Shown here: in pieces, positions 47,802 to 58,220 of the stretch
Layout of the letters: each line of letters starts with the position of its first letter
How positions within the stretch are numbered: the stretch's first letter is position 1
NCBI GenBank assembly: GCA_001829495.1
Contig: MIBJ01000001.1
Span: 2,414 to 66,413 of the forward strand
DNA from: Spirochaetes bacterium RBG_16_49_21
Lineage (GTDB): Bacteria > Spirochaetota > UBA4802 > UBA5550
DNA: 64,000 nt
Direction of reading: 5' to 3'
Position numbers and translations under genes: made by a program
The notes under the pieces: generated by a model
What the model saw: the letters and a program-made list of their open reading frames with translations, nothing else
The model's database searches: none
Told to the model about the DNA's origin: nothing

Positions 47802-49334
47802 TCAGAACAGGTCATTGGGATCCGCCCATGTTCCGAAGTACTGGTAATGCTCAGGCGGAAAAGCCTTCTGCAGGCCGGTATAGGTGGCCCGGGCAAGGGA
47901 TATGCCTTTGCGGGTGCGGTACAGGCCTGCAAGGCCCTGCCCCTCCAGTATCTCCAGGTATTTCACCAGATCCGCGTCCGAGATATCAAGCCATTCCTTG
48001 ATATCCTCCATGGTCATGTGAAGGCCGGGATTGATCCGGTAATTCTCTGCAAGTACGGCGAGCACATCTGCTTCATTTCTGCCCGGCTTCCGGGGCAGCG
48101 GCTTGCCGAGCGGAAGCGGCATATTTATATCGGGATCGATAACCCTCTGCGGAACCTTGAGGTCGTTTTTCAGGTCCCGCACGCCCTGGCGGTAGATGAT
48201 CAGCTTCAATATCTCCGAGGTCCCGGCCGCGATCTGCGCGTGCTTGGCGTCGCGCATGATTCGTTCCACAGGATAAATCTTCATGACGCCGTTGCCGCCC
48301 ATGCACTGCACGGCATCGAGAGCCGTCACCATGGTGGAATCGCTGGCGAACATCTTGGAGATTGCGGCCTCGACCGGCACGTCCTTACCAAGGTCCGCGC
48401 AGTACGCTCCATAGTAAACGATCAGCCTGCTCAGATAAAGCTTCCAGATCATGTCCGCGAGCTTGAACTGGTTGGTGGCGATTTCGCATATAGGGCGGCC
48501 GAACTGCAGGCGCCTTTCAAGGTGCTGCTGGGTGTAGCGGATGCATTCGCGCTGCGGGCCGAGGGTCGGCGCAGCGTTGAGGATCCTCTCCACATTGAGA
48601 CCGCTCATCATGATCTTCCAGCCCTCCCCTTCCTCGCCCAGGCGGTTGGATACCGGCACTTTGGCATTATCGAGACTCAAATAACAATTATACAGGCCGT
48701 CATAGCCCATCGTATCATTGACCTTTTCGATGTGAAAACCGGGCGTTCCCTTTTCCACCACAAAAGCGCTCAGGTGCGTATACGCCTTCCGGTCCTCCGG
48801 CTTCGAGCTTGTCAGAAAATAGCACATGTACAGGTCCGCGGCAGCGGCGACCGTCTGGTAGCGTTTTTTGCCATTAATGATATAGTAATCGCCCTCGCGC
48901 ACCGCCGTACTCTCAATTCCCGCGACATCGGAACCCGCATACGGCTCGGTCATGGTTATGCAGCCGATAAGCTCGCCCTTGTTTATCCGGGGCAGCCACC
49001 TCTGCTTCTGCTCTTCGTTCCCGTTGTGCACGATCTGCGTCGCGCTCCCGAACATGGTGGTTCCGAGAGGGGTGTGGACGACCCCGGCGCGGGACGTCTC
49101 CTCAATGATGATGGCGGCTCCGGTGACGCCCCATTCTTCGGCACGGCCGCCGTATTTCTTCGGGATGAGCGTGCCGAACCAGCCTTTGGTGGCAATCTGC
49201 TTCACTCCCTCCCAGGGAAATTTCTTCTTTAAGACGTCGCGTTCACCCAACGGGATTAAAACCTCGTCGGTGAACTTCTTGGCGTCCTCGGCAAGCTTTA
49301 TCTGCGCTTCGCTCCACCAGGGAAATTTTTCCAT
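47802..49334 (-). CDS. Acyl-CoA dehydrogenase with a ~125 aa C-terminal extension (possible winged-helix-like domain)
   Basis: ACAD core (TEPYAGSDVAG...YRQGVRDL) plus an extra C-terminal segment (...EDIKEWLDISDADLVKYLEILEGQGLAGLYRTRKGISLARATYTGL...). Confidence 0.75.
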   Translation of the reverse strand: MEKFPWWSEAQIKLAEDAKKFTDEVLIPLGERDVLKKKFPWEGVKQIATKGWFGTLIPKKYGGRAEEWGVTGAAIIIEETSRAGVVHTPLGTTMFGSATQIVHNGNEEQKQRWLPRINKGELIGCITMTEPYAGSDVAGIESTAVREGDYYIINGKKRYQTVAAAADLYMCYFLTSSKPEDRKAYTHLSAFVVEKGTPGFHIEKVNDTMGYDGLYNCYLSLDNAKVPVSNRLGEEGEGWKIMMSGLNVERILNAAPTLGPQRECIRYTQQHLERRLQFGRPICEIATNQFKLADMIWKLYLSRLIVYYGAYCADLGKDVPVEAAISKMFASDSTMVTALDAVQCMGGNGVMKIYPVERIMRDAKHAQIAAGTSEILKLIIYRQGVRDLKNDLKVPQRVIDPDINMPLPLGKPLPRKPGRNEADVLAVLAENYRINPGLHMTMEDIKEWLDISDADLVKYLEILEGQGLAGLYRTRKGISLARATYTGLQKAFPPEHYQYFGTWADPNDLF

Positions 49335-49366
49335 ATTTTTATCCTCCTTTTTTTAAATGAACCAGA

Positions 49367-49496
49367 GACGACCTCACCCGCGCTCCTGGCTCCGCCGGGA
49401 GCGAACAGGAGGTTCGCCTGCAAGCATGAACCAGGAGGGTTCAATAAAGCTTGCCATTGGGACATCCTGTCCGGCAGGTGCCGGGGGGTGAGGTCG
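49367..49496. repeat. GC-rich nested palindromic element, copy E
   Basis: Outer arms gacgacctcacccg ... ccggggggtgaggtcg. Inner hairpins are gctccgccgggagc and gcgaacaggaggttcgc. Confidence 0.6.
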
Positions 49497-49642
49497 CCTT
49501 TGTGAGAATATAACGCGAATTTTTAGATAACTCCGGAAAATATCAATTATAATCAAATTATACCAGCGAGTCTAGTATTTTCTGTAAAAGATTTTTAATA
49601 AGGATAGCCGACCAGCGATATTATGGAGCCACGGCACTATCA

Positions 49643-50818
49643 TTACCTCCCGAACGCGCTTATGCCGGTGATATCCATTCCCAAAATGAGCGTGTGGATG
49701 TGGTCCGTGCCCTGGTACGTGTATACTGATTCGATGTTGGCCATGTGGCGCATGGGAGAGGAATCGAGCGAAATACCGTTCGCGCCCATAAGCTCCCGCG
49801 CGGTCCGCGCGCACATGCGCGCGATCTTGATGTTGTTCTTTTTAGCCATGGATATCTGGCCGTGCATTGCCTTTCCCTCGTCCATGAGCCGCCCCAGACG
49901 GTATGCCAAAAGCTGGGCCTTGGTGATCTCGATGAGCATGGTCACCAGCTTGTCCTGCACGAGCTGGTATGAGGCGATCGGCGCACCGAACTGAACCCGC
50001 TCCAGGGAATACCTGAGCGCGGTCTCGTAGCAGTCGATGGCTGCCCCCACTGCTCCCCAGGATATGCCGTAGCGCGCGTGGTTGAGGCAGGCGAACGTCG
50101 CCTTTATTCCCGTGGCCTCGGGCAGCACGTTTTCCTCGGGAACCCTGCAATCCACGAAGGCGAGCTCGCCCACGTCGCCGGCCCGCATGGAGCCCTTATG
50201 CTTTTGAAAGGATTGTGTGAAGCCCTCCTGCCCCCGTTCAACGATGAATCCCTGTATACCGTGGTCGGTCTTCGCCCAGACCACCGCCATATCAGCCAGG
50301 CTCGCCTCGCTGATCCACTGCTTGGTGCCGTTCAGGATCCAATGCTTCCCGTCCTTTTTCGCCACGGTCTCCAGGGAAGACACGTCCGAGCCGCAGTTCG
50401 GTTCCGTAAGGCCGAAGCAGCCGATCGCCTCGCCGCTCGCCAGCGCCGGGAGCCATTTTTTCTTCTGCTCTTCCGTCCCAAACTTATAGAGCGGCGTCAT
50501 CACCAGGCCCGACTGGACCTCCACGTAGCTTCGAAGCGAGCTGTCGACCCGCTCGACCTCCTGGCAGATGATCCCGAGATCCACGTAGCTTGCGCCCGGG
50601 CATCCGTACTTCTGCGGAAGGTCGGCGCCGATGAGCCCCATCCTCCCCATCTTGGGCGCGATCTTCCTCATGTCAAGGGGCTCTTCCGTATGAAAGGCCT
50701 CGAGCACCAGCGGCCGTATCTCCTTATCGAGAAACCTTCTTACCGATTCTTTAAGTACCCGCTCCTCATTCGTGAATTGATCGTATATTTTGTAATAGTC
50801 GGTATCGTTCACTGGCAT
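49643..50818 (-). CDS. Glutaryl-CoA dehydrogenase-like acyl-CoA dehydrogenase
   Basis: GcdH-like N-terminus (DYYKIYDQFTNEER), LTEPNCGSD, and C-terminal HTLILGMDITGISAF. The ATG at 50818 has an aaggaga RBS. Confidence 0.7.
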   Translation of the reverse strand: MPVNDTDYYKIYDQFTNEERVLKESVRRFLDKEIRPLVLEAFHTEEPLDMRKIAPKMGRMGLIGADLPQKYGCPGASYVDLGIICQEVERVDSSLRSYVEVQSGLVMTPLYKFGTEEQKKKWLPALASGEAIGCFGLTEPNCGSDVSSLETVAKKDGKHWILNGTKQWISEASLADMAVVWAKTDHGIQGFIVERGQEGFTQSFQKHKGSMRAGDVGELAFVDCRVPEENVLPEATGIKATFACLNHARYGISWGAVGAAIDCYETALRYSLERVQFGAPIASYQLVQDKLVTMLIEITKAQLLAYRLGRLMDEGKAMHGQISMAKKNNIKIARMCARTARELMGANGISLDSSPMRHMANIESVYTYQGTDHIHTLILGMDITGISAFGR

Positions 50819-50868
50819 GATCTTCTCCTTAAAAATCCCCCCATCCCCCGGAGAGGGGCTAATAGTAG

Positions 50869-51588
50869 CTAGCTGCCTGCCGTCATCCGGCGCCGGATAA
50901 AAGCTAAGGTGTCCAGCAGCGGGATATCCTTGGGGCATACATCGTCACAGCCCATCATTCCGATGCAGCCGAAAACGCCCTCATCGGTGGATACCAGCTC
51001 GAACCATGTCTCATGACCGCGCTCGTCGCGCGGGTCGATCATAAAGCGGGCGATGCGGTTCAGGCCGGCAGCCCCCATAAAATCCGATCGCACGTTCGCG
51101 GTGGCGCATCCGGCGATACAGCATCCGCATTCGATGCACCGCTCGGTGTTATAGATCGCGACCGCGGTTTTATTATCCATTCTGGTTTCTTCGGCGTTCG
51201 GATCGAATTCTTTCCCGGCGTGTATCCACGACTCGACGCGCTGCGCCATCTCCCTGAACCACACGCCGGTATCCACCGAAAGATCGCCCAGCATTTTAAA
51301 AAACGGCAGGGGATAGAGCTCGATTGTCCCCGGCAGATCGGACGTCAAGGTGCGGCACGCCAGCGTGGGGCGGCCGTTGATCATCATCGCGCATGAGCCG
51401 CAGATTCCGGCGCGGCAGACGAAATCAAACATCAACGTCGGATCCTGCTCGTCCCGGATTTTGTTCAGCGCATTGAAGAGATTCAAGCGCGGAGTCTCCT
51501 CCAATGTATATTCCTGGATATGAGGCTTGGATCCATCATCGTAAGGGTTATACCTGAATATTTTAAATGTTAACGTCCTGCCCATCAT
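50869..51588 (-). CDS. sdhB: Succinate dehydrogenase / fumarate reductase iron-sulfur subunit (second copy)
   Basis: CRAGICGSCAMMINGRPTLAC 2Fe-2S, CIECGCCIAGC 4Fe-4S and a C-terminal CxxxCP. Confidence 0.85.
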   Translation of the reverse strand: MMGRTLTFKIFRYNPYDDGSKPHIQEYTLEETPRLNLFNALNKIRDEQDPTLMFDFVCRAGICGSCAMMINGRPTLACRTLTSDLPGTIELYPLPFFKMLGDLSVDTGVWFREMAQRVESWIHAGKEFDPNAEETRMDNKTAVAIYNTERCIECGCCIAGCATANVRSDFMGAAGLNRIARFMIDPRDERGHETWFELVSTDEGVFGCIGMMGCDDVCPKDIPLLDTLAFIRRRMTAGS

Positions 51589-53528
51589 TTCACCTCATCT
51601 TTCCACAAACCTGGTTTTAATTTACTGCCGATCGGCTCCGCCGTATCAGGTCTTCCGGCCTCTTTCTGCAATTTGTGAACCTTTGAATTATAGTCTTCAA
51701 TTGATTCTTTCATTTTTATGAAGGTTGCGCCGCCGTAACCGCGTTCCCCGGGCGGCATGTCTATGATGCCGACCGGTTCGTATGAAAACACCGGTCCATC
51801 GGCCCCTTCAGGCCAGCGGGCCAGCGTACGATTCAGCCAATTGGCGTCGTCACGGTCAGGGTAGTCCTCGCGGGTATGCGCGCCGCGGCTTTCCGTGCGC
51901 GCGTAAGCGCCGCACGCTATCGTCAGCGCAAGTTTTACCTGGCCCTTTATTCTGAGCGCGGCGCTTAATTCAGGATTTGCGCCCGGAACGCTTTTCTTGA
52001 CTTTTATTTTATCAGTTCTTTGAAGCAGCTCCTTCAGCTCTTTACAGGCCGATTCAAGATCGTTTCCGTTACGGAAGATGCCGACCTTATGGAGAAGAAT
52101 ATCGGCCATCTTTTTCTTAATTCCCGCTACGGATTCAGTGCCGTCGCCGTTATACAGATTCTTGATGCGCTTTTCGACTTTCGCGGTAAACGCGTCCGCC
52201 AGTGAAGAGCTTGTCTCAAGATTCGCCTTTTTCGCATATTCGGCGACCCGCTTGCCCACGACCATTCCCGCAACGACGGTTTCGGCCAGCGAATTTCCGC
52301 CCAAACGATTGAACCCGTGCATATCCCAGCACGCCGCCTCTCCTGCCGAGAAAAGCCCCATTAAGGAGTATGCGTGGCCGTCCTTATTTACGCGGACTCC
52401 GCCCATGGTGTAGTGCTGGGTGGGCCGAACCGGAAGCAGCTCCGTGATCGGATTTACGCCGATGAAATACATTGCGATTTCATAAACCTCGCGGAGCTTT
52501 GTTTTAAGATGTTCCTTGCCCAGATGGCGGAGATCCAGCCACAAGTGGGTGCCGTACGGAGATTCGACGCCGAGTCCTTTTTTCATGTGCTCGGTCATAC
52601 GGCGGGAAACGACGTCGCGCGACGCGAGCTCCTGTTTTTCAGGCTCGTAATCCGGCATGAACCGGTGCTCGTTTTTATCGAGAAGGTATCCGCCGTCGCC
52701 CCTGCACCCCTCGGTGACCAGAATATCCGTGGGCACGATGGCGGTCGGGTGGAATTGAACCGCTTCCATGTCCCCCAAAGGAACTAAGCCCGTATCAAGG
52801 GCCAGTGCGATTCCGGTACCCTCATTGATGACCGCATTGGTCGAGGCGCCGTAAATTCTTCCGAACCCGCCGGTAGCTATCACGGTTGCTTTTGCGAAAT
52901 AGGTATGGAGCGAACCGTCGCGGAGGCTTCTGACTATGGCGCCGCGGCATCTCCCGTCCGCGTGCATGAGCGCGAGCGCTTCCATGCGGTCGTGAACCGC
53001 TATGCCCAGTTGGGAGACCATATTATCCATGGTGTAGAGTACCGTATGGCCCGTCCCGTCCGCAGTATAGCACGCCCTCCATTTTGCGGTGCCGCCGAAA
53101 TCCCGTGCGGTAATAAGGCCTTCTTTTGATCTGTCTTCTTCTATGGTAACCTTCTTTCCTTTAATATAATATTGCTGGGGACCGCCCACGACCCGGTTCC
53201 ACGGAACGCCGAAATGAGCCATTTCACGCATCGCAATCGGCGCATTGTCGGCAAAAATACGCGCCACCTCCTGATCCGCACCCCAATCCGATCCCTTTAC
53301 CGTATCCAGCCAATGGATAGTGGAGTTATCCCCTTTCCCTTTTTCGATATTTCCGAGAGCGGCCTGCATGCCGCCCTGAGCCGCGCAGGAGTGGCTCCTC
53401 CGGGCCGGCACCAGACTAAGAAGTATGACGCGCAATCCTTCATGCGCCGCAGCAACAGCCGTTCTTTCCCCCGCCAGGCCGGCGCCGATAACCAGTACAT
53501 CAGTCATAAAAGTATCATTCATAATCAA
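51585..53528 (-). CDS. sdhA: Succinate dehydrogenase / fumarate reductase flavoprotein subunit (second copy)
   Basis: Motifs VIGAGLAG, HSCAAQGG, HYTMGG and a C-terminal ESRGAHTR. Confidence 0.85.
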   Translation of the reverse strand: MIMNDTFMTDVLVIGAGLAGERTAVAAAHEGLRVILLSLVPARRSHSCAAQGGMQAALGNIEKGKGDNSTIHWLDTVKGSDWGADQEVARIFADNAPIAMREMAHFGVPWNRVVGGPQQYYIKGKKVTIEEDRSKEGLITARDFGGTAKWRACYTADGTGHTVLYTMDNMVSQLGIAVHDRMEALALMHADGRCRGAIVRSLRDGSLHTYFAKATVIATGGFGRIYGASTNAVINEGTGIALALDTGLVPLGDMEAVQFHPTAIVPTDILVTEGCRGDGGYLLDKNEHRFMPDYEPEKQELASRDVVSRRMTEHMKKGLGVESPYGTHLWLDLRHLGKEHLKTKLREVYEIAMYFIGVNPITELLPVRPTQHYTMGGVRVNKDGHAYSLMGLFSAGEAACWDMHGFNRLGGNSLAETVVAGMVVGKRVAEYAKKANLETSSSLADAFTAKVEKRIKNLYNGDGTESVAGIKKKMADILLHKVGIFRNGNDLESACKELKELLQRTDKIKVKKSVPGANPELSAALRIKGQVKLALTIACGAYARTESRGAHTREDYPDRDDANWLNRTLARWPEGADGPVFSYEPVGIIDMPPGERGYGGATFIKMKESIEDYNSKVHKLQKEAGRPDTAEPIGSKLKPGLWKDEVK

Positions 53529-54338
53529 TCAACTCCTTATCAACAAATCGCCGACGGGAATCTCAATGAGGGTCAATTTCCCGGCCAGCGCCGCCACTCC
53601 GGCAATACACAGAATTACATAAAACCAGAAAATGACCGTGCACAGCAGATAAGCCCACCGGCGGTTGAACCAGGTATCGGAAATCCATTTTACCGCGAGA
53701 CGATACAGCCCAATGGCAAGATGGGCCACAACGGAAATTCCGAGCACCAGATAGAGGATCCAGAGCCCGCTTTCAACCCTGCTGCTCGCGATTTTTGCGG
53801 TCAGGCCGGATGCATCGGCATACCCCATGTCGGTAAAAATATTCCAGGTGACGAGAAACAGATGAAAAGCGCCGCAGGCAAGGACGATCATTCCGGTGCG
53901 GACCTGCCATATCCACAAGGATGTCTCTCTATGGCGACGCAGCATAATGTCGCTTTTCGGCTGGCTCCATCTTTTTTTTGCTTTTTTGATAGACAGCCCG
54001 ATTTCCATCATCCTCTTTCGCTCGTACAGCCTCGCGGGAATCTTTCTGCTCGCATACACGAAATGGACGAAAAATAATATGCCGATCGAAAACGCCGATA
54101 TTTGAGCCAGGGGAAGCGGATGCTCCATGTAATAGGCGACAACCTCGTACAAATCTTTGCCGAAAAGCATCGTTCCTTCGAGTATTAAATGACCGAATAT
54201 AAACCCGGCCAGCAGGAGCCCGGTTACGCCGCTTATCAGCTCGGCTATCAGGGCGCGGCGGGCTTTCTTGTATGCCTCGCTTTTTTTGCCTCCCCCCCGT
54301 ATCGCCTGCGGGTACAGTTCAGTCTTAATGTTATTCAT
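53529..54338 (-). CDS. sdhC: Succinate dehydrogenase / fumarate reductase diheme cytochrome b membrane anchor (single-subunit type B anchor)
   Basis: Five predicted TM helices with conserved His in helices (GHLILEG, FHLFLVTWN, AHLAIGLY). Position is upstream of sdhA/B. Confidence 0.65.
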   Translation of the reverse strand: MNNIKTELYPQAIRGGGKKSEAYKKARRALIAELISGVTGLLLAGFIFGHLILEGTMLFGKDLYEVVAYYMEHPLPLAQISAFSIGILFFVHFVYASRKIPARLYERKRMMEIGLSIKKAKKRWSQPKSDIMLRRHRETSLWIWQVRTGMIVLACGAFHLFLVTWNIFTDMGYADASGLTAKIASSRVESGLWILYLVLGISVVAHLAIGLYRLAVKWISDTWFNRRWAYLLCTVIFWFYVILCIAGVAALAGKLTLIEIPVGDLLIRS

Positions 54339-54412
54339 AGCTCAATCCTTTCTTGCTTTTAAATTATCCCCTTATCTCTTAAGATCTCCCTATCTCCTTA
54401 TCTTACGCTTTT

Positions 54413-54970
54413 TCACCCTTTCCGGTATTTCTTTGCGCCCTCAACATAAAGGTCGTTCCCCTTTGTATCGTTGATAACCACGACCGGGAAATCTTCAACT
54501 TCAAGTCTGCGAATCGCCTCGGGCCCCAGGTCGTCATACGCGACAACTTCAGCCTTTTTGATGGATTTTGCAATCAATGCTCCGGCTCCCCCGGTGGCGC
54601 CGAAGTAGACGGCCTTATATTTCTTCATAGCCTCGATTACTTCCGGAGACCTGTTCCCCTTGCCGATCATTCCCTTTAATCCGAGCTCGATAAGCTTGGG
54701 GGAAAAGGCATCCATGCGATAACTGGTCGTCGGGCCGGCCGAGCCGATTGCCTGCCCCGGTTTGGCCGGCGAGGGCCCCACAAAATATATTACCTGGCCC
54801 TTGATGTCCATGGGGAGATCCTTGCCCTGTTGTATCAGGTCGAAGAGCCTTTTGTGAGCGGCATCCCTTCCCGTGTATATGACCCCGGTGAGCAGTACCT
54901 TATCGCCTATTTTCAGTTTTTCAAGATCCTTATCGGAAAGCGGCGTAGTTAATTTTATTTGACCACCCAT
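54413..54970 (-). CDS. Class I (Fe-S) fumarate hydratase beta subunit (FumB/TtdB-like)
   Basis: LTGVIYTGRDAAHKRL and GPSPA motifs of the Fe-S hydro-lyase beta type. Confidence 0.8.
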   Translation of the reverse strand: MGGQIKLTTPLSDKDLEKLKIGDKVLLTGVIYTGRDAAHKRLFDLIQQGKDLPMDIKGQVIYFVGPSPAKPGQAIGSAGPTTSYRMDAFSPKLIELGLKGMIGKGNRSPEVIEAMKKYKAVYFGATGGAGALIAKSIKKAEVVAYDDLGPEAIRRLEVEDFPVVVINDTKGNDLYVEGAKKYRKG

Positions 54971-55001
54971 CTGCTTGCTCCCATTATATGAATATATGAA
55001 A

Positions 55002-55841
55002 TTATATCACAGCTTCCTTGTGACGCGCCGAATGACAATTAATATTTACCGCCAAGGGCAGACTCGCAATGTGACACGGCTCCATTTCTATAAAAACATC
55101 GAGGCTGGTTGTGTTGCCCCCGTAGCCCATCGGTCCTATGCCGAGTTTGTTAATGTCCCCGAGAACATCCTTTTCCAGCTTCGCGATCTCGGGATCGGGA
55201 TTCCTGGTCCCTATTTTCCGGAGCAAGGCCTTTTTTGCAAGCAGGGCGGAGCGTTCAAAAGTTCCGCCGATTCCGATGCCGACCAGGGTAGGGGGACAGG
55301 GATTGCTGCCGGCTTCTTTTAACCTGTTTACAACGAAGTCCTTAACACCGTCGATGCCCATTGCCGGCGTGAGCATGGTTACGCGGCTCATGTTTTCACT
55401 TCCGCCGCCTTTAGGCGCCAGCGTTATTTTAATTTTATCCCCGGCTACGATATCGTAGTGAATTATCGCGGGAGTATTGTCGCCGGTATTCTTGCGGGTA
55501 AAGGGATGGCATGCCGATTTCCGCAAAAAGCCGTCTTTATATCCCTGCCGTACTCCTTCATTGATGGCCTCTTTCAGATTGCCGCCGGTAACATGCACGT
55601 CCTGTCCCAGCTCGACAAAAAGGACGGCCAGACCGCAGTCCTGGCACAGGGGCACCTGCTCCTCCCGCGAGATTCTCGCGTTCTCCTTTAGTTCTTTCAG
55701 CACCTCTTTCGCCACAGGGGATTCGTCTTTTTCAATTCCACGGTCAAAGGCGTCAAGCACGTCCTCTCCGAGATTGTAATTTGCATCCATGCAAAGATTC
55801 CGAATCACGGGGATGATCTCATTAACCGATATCTCTCTCAT
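55002..55841 (-). CDS. Class I (Fe-S) fumarate hydratase alpha subunit (FumA/TtdA-like)
   Basis: QDCGLAV... and CHSARH Cys motifs of Fe-S hydro-lyase alpha. Confidence 0.8.
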   Translation of the reverse strand: MREISVNEIIPVIRNLCMDANYNLGEDVLDAFDRGIEKDESPVAKEVLKELKENARISREEQVPLCQDCGLAVLFVELGQDVHVTGGNLKEAINEGVRQGYKDGFLRKSACHPFTRKNTGDNTPAIIHYDIVAGDKIKITLAPKGGGSENMSRVTMLTPAMGIDGVKDFVVNRLKEAGSNPCPPTLVGIGIGGTFERSALLAKKALLRKIGTRNPDPEIAKLEKDVLGDINKLGIGPMGYGGNTTSLDVFIEMEPCHIASLPLAVNINCHSARHKEAVI

Positions 55842-55866
55842 GACCTAATGCTCCTTGAATAACAGG

Positions 55867-57321
55867 TTACTTAACCGAATCAATCGCCTTCTTGGCCGCA
55901 GCCTCGAGAAGTTTCACATCCGGCTCTTTTATAAAATTATTTTTCATCAAAAGCTCCATTGTCGCCCTGGCCTCTTTGATGTCGCGTATAGTGGTATTGT
56001 ACACCTCTTCCTTCGACATTTTGATCCTCGCCACGCCGTTCTTGATCGCTTCCATCGCGACGTCGGCAGCCACCTGTGCAAAGACCTCGGTTTCATCCAT
56101 GGTCGGCATGATTCTCTCAGGATGGATCCCCTTCTTTTCCGCATAGTTCGCTATGGAATAAGCCGCTGCCAGCGCCATCTCGTCCGTAATTTTTCTCGCC
56201 CGGACAAGGAGCGCGCCCTTGAGAATTCCGGGAAATCCGAGGGAATTGTTGACCTGGTTGGGGAAGTCCCCCCTGCCGGTCGCAACGATATACGCGCCCG
56301 CCTCTTTTGCGGCGAACGGATAGATCTCGGGCACCGGGTTTGAGCAGGTAAAAACAATCGACTTGCTCCCCATGCTTCTGATCCAGTCTTTTTTCACCAC
56401 ATCCGGTCCCGGCTGGGAGAGGGCGATGAGCACGTCGGCATTCTTCACGGCATTTTCAATATTCCGCGTTTTCTCGGGATTGGTAAGCTGGCACAGCTCC
56501 CATTTTCTATAGTAGGCGGTATCCGATTTTATATCTTCCCGGTCCGTATGGAGACAGCCTTTGGAATCAACCATGGTCATTTTATCAGGATCGGCGCCCG
56601 CCTGAAGAATCAGCCGGGCGATGGTCGTATTCGAGGCCCCCGCTCCCAGCATCACTATGGTGACTTTACCAATATCTTTTCCCGCAACCTTGAGGGCGTT
56701 TATCAGGCCCGCGACCGTGACGCAGCCGGTGCCCTGTGCGTCGTCGTGCCATACCGGAATGTCGCACGCCTCCCGTAACGTATCGAGCACCTTGAAGCAA
56801 TTCGGCTGTGAGATGTCCTCGAGATTGACCGCTCCAAAGCTCGGTGTCACCATCTTGACGAAGTCTATGATCTTGTCCGCGTCGTGCTTTCCCTGATCAT
56901 TATAGCTGTTTATGCACAGCGCGACGGCGTCGACGCCTCCCAGGTATTTCATCAAAAATGCCTTTCCCTCCATAACGCCCAGGCCTCCGGCCGGAGTGCA
57001 GTCGCCGTCTCCCAGTACCCGCGTCGAGTCGGAAATAACCGCAACGAGGTTACCCCGGTTTGACAGCTCGAAAGACGCGTCATTGTTGTCGCGGATCGTC
57101 GTGGATATCTTTGATACGCCGGGCGTATACCAGACGTTAAACCAGTTAAAGCCGTATACCCCGGCTTTGGGTACCGTCATGGTCTTTCCGCTGTAGAATT
57201 TATGAGCGCTCAGTGCGAGCTCCTTTAAAAATATTGTTTTGCCCTTGGCTTTCTGCTCTTCAGAGAAATCATCCGGAAAAATCGAGTCCAGATTCGAGAG
57301 TGCAAGATCAGGTTTCTTCAT
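55867..57321 (-). CDS. NAD(P)-dependent malic enzyme
   Basis: Motifs VYTPGV, FNDDIQGTG-like (WHDDAQGTG) and GAGASNTTIARL Rossmann. Confidence 0.85.
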   Translation of the reverse strand: MKKPDLALSNLDSIFPDDFSEEQKAKGKTIFLKELALSAHKFYSGKTMTVPKAGVYGFNWFNVWYTPGVSKISTTIRDNNDASFELSNRGNLVAVISDSTRVLGDGDCTPAGGLGVMEGKAFLMKYLGGVDAVALCINSYNDQGKHDADKIIDFVKMVTPSFGAVNLEDISQPNCFKVLDTLREACDIPVWHDDAQGTGCVTVAGLINALKVAGKDIGKVTIVMLGAGASNTTIARLILQAGADPDKMTMVDSKGCLHTDREDIKSDTAYYRKWELCQLTNPEKTRNIENAVKNADVLIALSQPGPDVVKKDWIRSMGSKSIVFTCSNPVPEIYPFAAKEAGAYIVATGRGDFPNQVNNSLGFPGILKGALLVRARKITDEMALAAAYSIANYAEKKGIHPERIMPTMDETEVFAQVAADVAMEAIKNGVARIKMSKEEVYNTTIRDIKEARATMELLMKNNFIKEPDVKLLEAAAKKAIDSVK

Positions 57322-57333
57322 GGTATTTTTCCC

Positions 57334-58209
57334 TCACATTTTTTTTAATACGCGGGCGGCCCGGACGCCCATCTCGGCCAGGTTTTCGACGACCTCTATG
57401 CCGGCCTGTTTCCAGGCTGAAATCTTCTCCGCGGCCGTTCCCTTCCCGCCTGATATTATTGCGCCCGCATGCCCCATTCTTTTACCCGGCGGTGCGGTCT
57501 GTCCGGCAATAAACCCGATAACCGGCTTGTCCATCTTATTCTTGACAAACTCCGCCGCTTCTTCCTCGGCATTTCCGCCTATCTCTCCTATAATCATTAC
57601 CAGCTTCGTTTCACGGTCGTTTTGAAACAGCTCCAATGCATCGGTAAAGGTCGTCCCGATTATGGGGTCGCCCCCGATGCCGATGGAGGTTGACTGCCCC
57701 AAACCAAGATCGGTCAGCTGGCTTATTACCTCATAGGTCAATGTCCCGCTGCGCGAAACGACGCCGACCCCGCCTTTCTTATGGATGAAGTTCGGCATGA
57801 AACCGATCTTCCCGATGCCGGGAGAAGTCAGTCCGGGACAATTAGGGCCGATCAGCCGGGATTTCGATTCTTTTAATAATTTTTTTATTTTCACGAGCTC
57901 CAGAACGGGAATCCCCTCGGACATGCATACGATAAGTCCGACTCCCGCATCAATCGCCTCGATGATAGCGTCCGCGGCAAACGAAGCAGGCACAAAGATA
58001 GCTGAAGCATTGGCGCCCTGTTTCTGGACCGCCTCAATAACAGAATCATACACCGGAATGCCGTCAACGTCCATTCCTCCCTTTCCCGGAGTCACTCCCG
58101 CCACAACCGTGCTGCCGAATTTAACCATCTCTCTGGTATGGAAGCCGCCCTCTCCGCCGGTAATGCCCTGTACGACAATTCTGCTGTGTTCATTCAATAG
58201 TATTGCCAT
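57334..58209 (-). CDS. sucD: Succinyl-CoA synthetase alpha subunit
   Basis: VQGITGGEG..., catalytic-His region [16 protein letters not shown]. Confidence 0.9.
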   Translation of the reverse strand: MAILLNEHSRIVVQGITGGEGGFHTREMVKFGSTVVAGVTPGKGGMDVDGIPVYDSVIEAVQKQGANASAIFVPASFAADAIIEAIDAGVGLIVCMSEGIPVLELVKIKKLLKESKSRLIGPNCPGLTSPGIGKIGFMPNFIHKKGGVGVVSRSGTLTYEVISQLTDLGLGQSTSIGIGGDPIIGTTFTDALELFQNDRETKLVMIIGEIGGNAEEEAAEFVKNKMDKPVIGFIAGQTAPPGKRMGHAGAIISGGKGTAAEKISAWKQAGIEVVENLAEMGVRAARVLKKM

Positions 58210-58220
58210 GTATCATTTCC

